From positions 100,316,001 through 100,380,000 of the forward strand of contig JANJGN010000021.1 of the NCBI GenBank assembly GCA_026770705.1: 64,000 nt of DNA. The letters are read 5' to 3'. Every line of letters starts with the position of its first letter. Within the stretch, counting starts at the first letter, position 1. Made by a program: the position numbers and the translations under genes. This stretch comes from Isurus oxyrinchus (lineage: Eukaryota). The notes under the pieces were generated by a model that saw nothing but the letters and a program-made list of their open reading frames with translations, was not told the DNA's origin and ran no database searches. This document shows positions 62,553 through 64,000 of the stretch, in pieces.

Positions 62553-63329
62553 GTATGAATATGATTGCCTTCACATATGCCAAATAAACATATTTACTCT
62601 GGGGCAGCTTACAAACAATGTAGACATGAAGGTCCTCGTGCTTGCTGATGAGGAATATCACTGATATGCCGTGCAGCATGTCCATTCATAACAATAGAAA
62701 TGTTCAACATCTTATCGCTAGGTTCATCTTGTTTTGGTGTAGAATAAAAAGACCCTCTTACTTTCTTCCCAAGTACGGCTCTAGGCTACCTTAGGAGGCC
62801 TTACAAAAAGCAACGATTTCACCCTGCAAAGCTGCGACCTCTATATCAGAGGTGAATGCAGGGATGTGGGGGGTGGGGGTTGTTGGGGGGTGGGGACGGG
62901 GTGGAAGGAGAGAGTGGTGGTCTTCGGGAGCCTGTTCACTTAAACAACCTCTTTCAAAACCAATGTGAATCAGGTGATCAGAAAGTTCCTGGGCACCATG
63001 ATGCCAACAGGATATTTCACTGGGAACACAAGTCGCTTGTGCCCGGGAAAAGCAAGGTAGTGTACTGGGATCTTCTGCCAACTCATATTCCCATGAGAGG
63101 CGTTGTCAGTTTCCCAGCTGCTCAGACGATTCTATCCATTCATACACCCCAGTGCCACTCTTGATTCTTTTCAGGCCATTTCTTGAATTTAGAGGGCGCT
63201 GTTTCTTAATATTAAACCCGCAAAGTTGAGAAGCTGGGCCTTGCCATTCAATGTACCACACACTGTGCTCAGGAAAATTGTCCCATTCTCTACTTGATAG
63301 TCTGCTGGTGATGCTGTTGTTTTTCCCAG

Positions 63330-63479
63330 ATTACGATAAAAGATATGCACAAGGAATATAAACCGGGAGGCAGAGCTGACATAATTATTAAAACTGAAGA
63401 CAGGGGCCATCTGTCTCTTGTCATCGTCGATACAGCGATTTATGTTCTCAACAACAAGAATAAACTGACAGCCAACAAA
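63330..63479 (+). CDS. C4: Complement C4 exon 14 (gene continues beyond the window)
   Basis: ttttcccag|; ITIKDMHKEYKPGGRADIIIKTEDRGHLSLVIVDTAIYVLNNKNKLTANK|gtaagt; phase 0/0. Confidence 0.9.
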
Positions 63480-64000
63480 GTAAGTGACTTACAGTCGGCG
63501 CTTTGACTGGATACAAAATTTTGTTTTAGAAAACATTGTAGTTTAGGGATAGCAACCCCAAAACCTGATTGTGTCAATTTGTAATATCCTATGCTGAGCC
63601 TACAGGAACATTGTATTATTTCTGGGGTGTGTAGCATGATACCTTTCTACCAGCTGTGCTTCATGCTTTGGGAGCTGCTCCCTAACACAGTAGCATACTT
63701 AGAAGGCAGTAACATTGCTGTTGGTTCAGAACGAAAACCTTCTAGGAACATAGAAACAGGGTTTTTAAGGTCATTTGACTATATGCCCTGGCAGGCATCA
63801 CAGATCATTCAGATTTCATGGGTCATCCACACAGATGCCATGCTCACCATGGGGCAGCTTCATAAACCCTGATTGCCTCCATTGCTAGGCCAAGGATCTG
63901 AAAAAAAGGTTACTTTGCACCTGCAATTTTTACGATTGAAATTAACTAATGGAGCATCAATGAGCTGGTGGAGTTAACAAGACCAAAGCCCATCTAGTGT

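Noticed and set aside
35903-63479. C3, C5 or alpha-2-macroglobulin rather than C4
   Set aside because: PCS in exon 2, AYVRFG...RGLE in exon 8, GEMEE...FVSSP in exon 10 and the NCR3 (MHC) neighbourhood all favour C4; not formally tested by phylogeny

Overview
Vertebrate genomic DNA, almost certainly a shark or other elasmobranch, judged from the repeat families and gene content. It appears to be part of the MHC class III region. Three + strand genes were reconstructed by hand with phase-consistent GT-AG exons. (1) An NCR3/NKp30-like receptor (1658-6580; leader exon not found, probably upstream of the window) with one germline-joined VJ-type Ig domain, an uncharged TM segment and a tail bearing YAEV, QYAQL and VVYSTV (ITIM-type), so predicted inhibitory. 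(2) A second NCR3/NKp30-like receptor (17423 to about 26553) with the same exon architecture but an Arg at the TM segment and a tyrosine-free tail, so predicted activating. (3) Exons 1-14 of complement C4 (35903-63479, continuing past the window). The two receptors look like an inhibitory/activating pair directly upstream of C4. Non-coding DNA is dense in CR1, L2, Tx1 and Penelope retroelements, tRNA-derived SINEs, a probable solo LTR, a 38-bp minisatellite and G/C tracts. A Penelope terminal repeat and a family of short palindromic elements carry minimal hammerhead-ribozyme motifs. There are two N gaps (50127-50306, 56080-56212). All calls come from reading the sequence; no searches were run, and repeat boundaries and family names are approximate.
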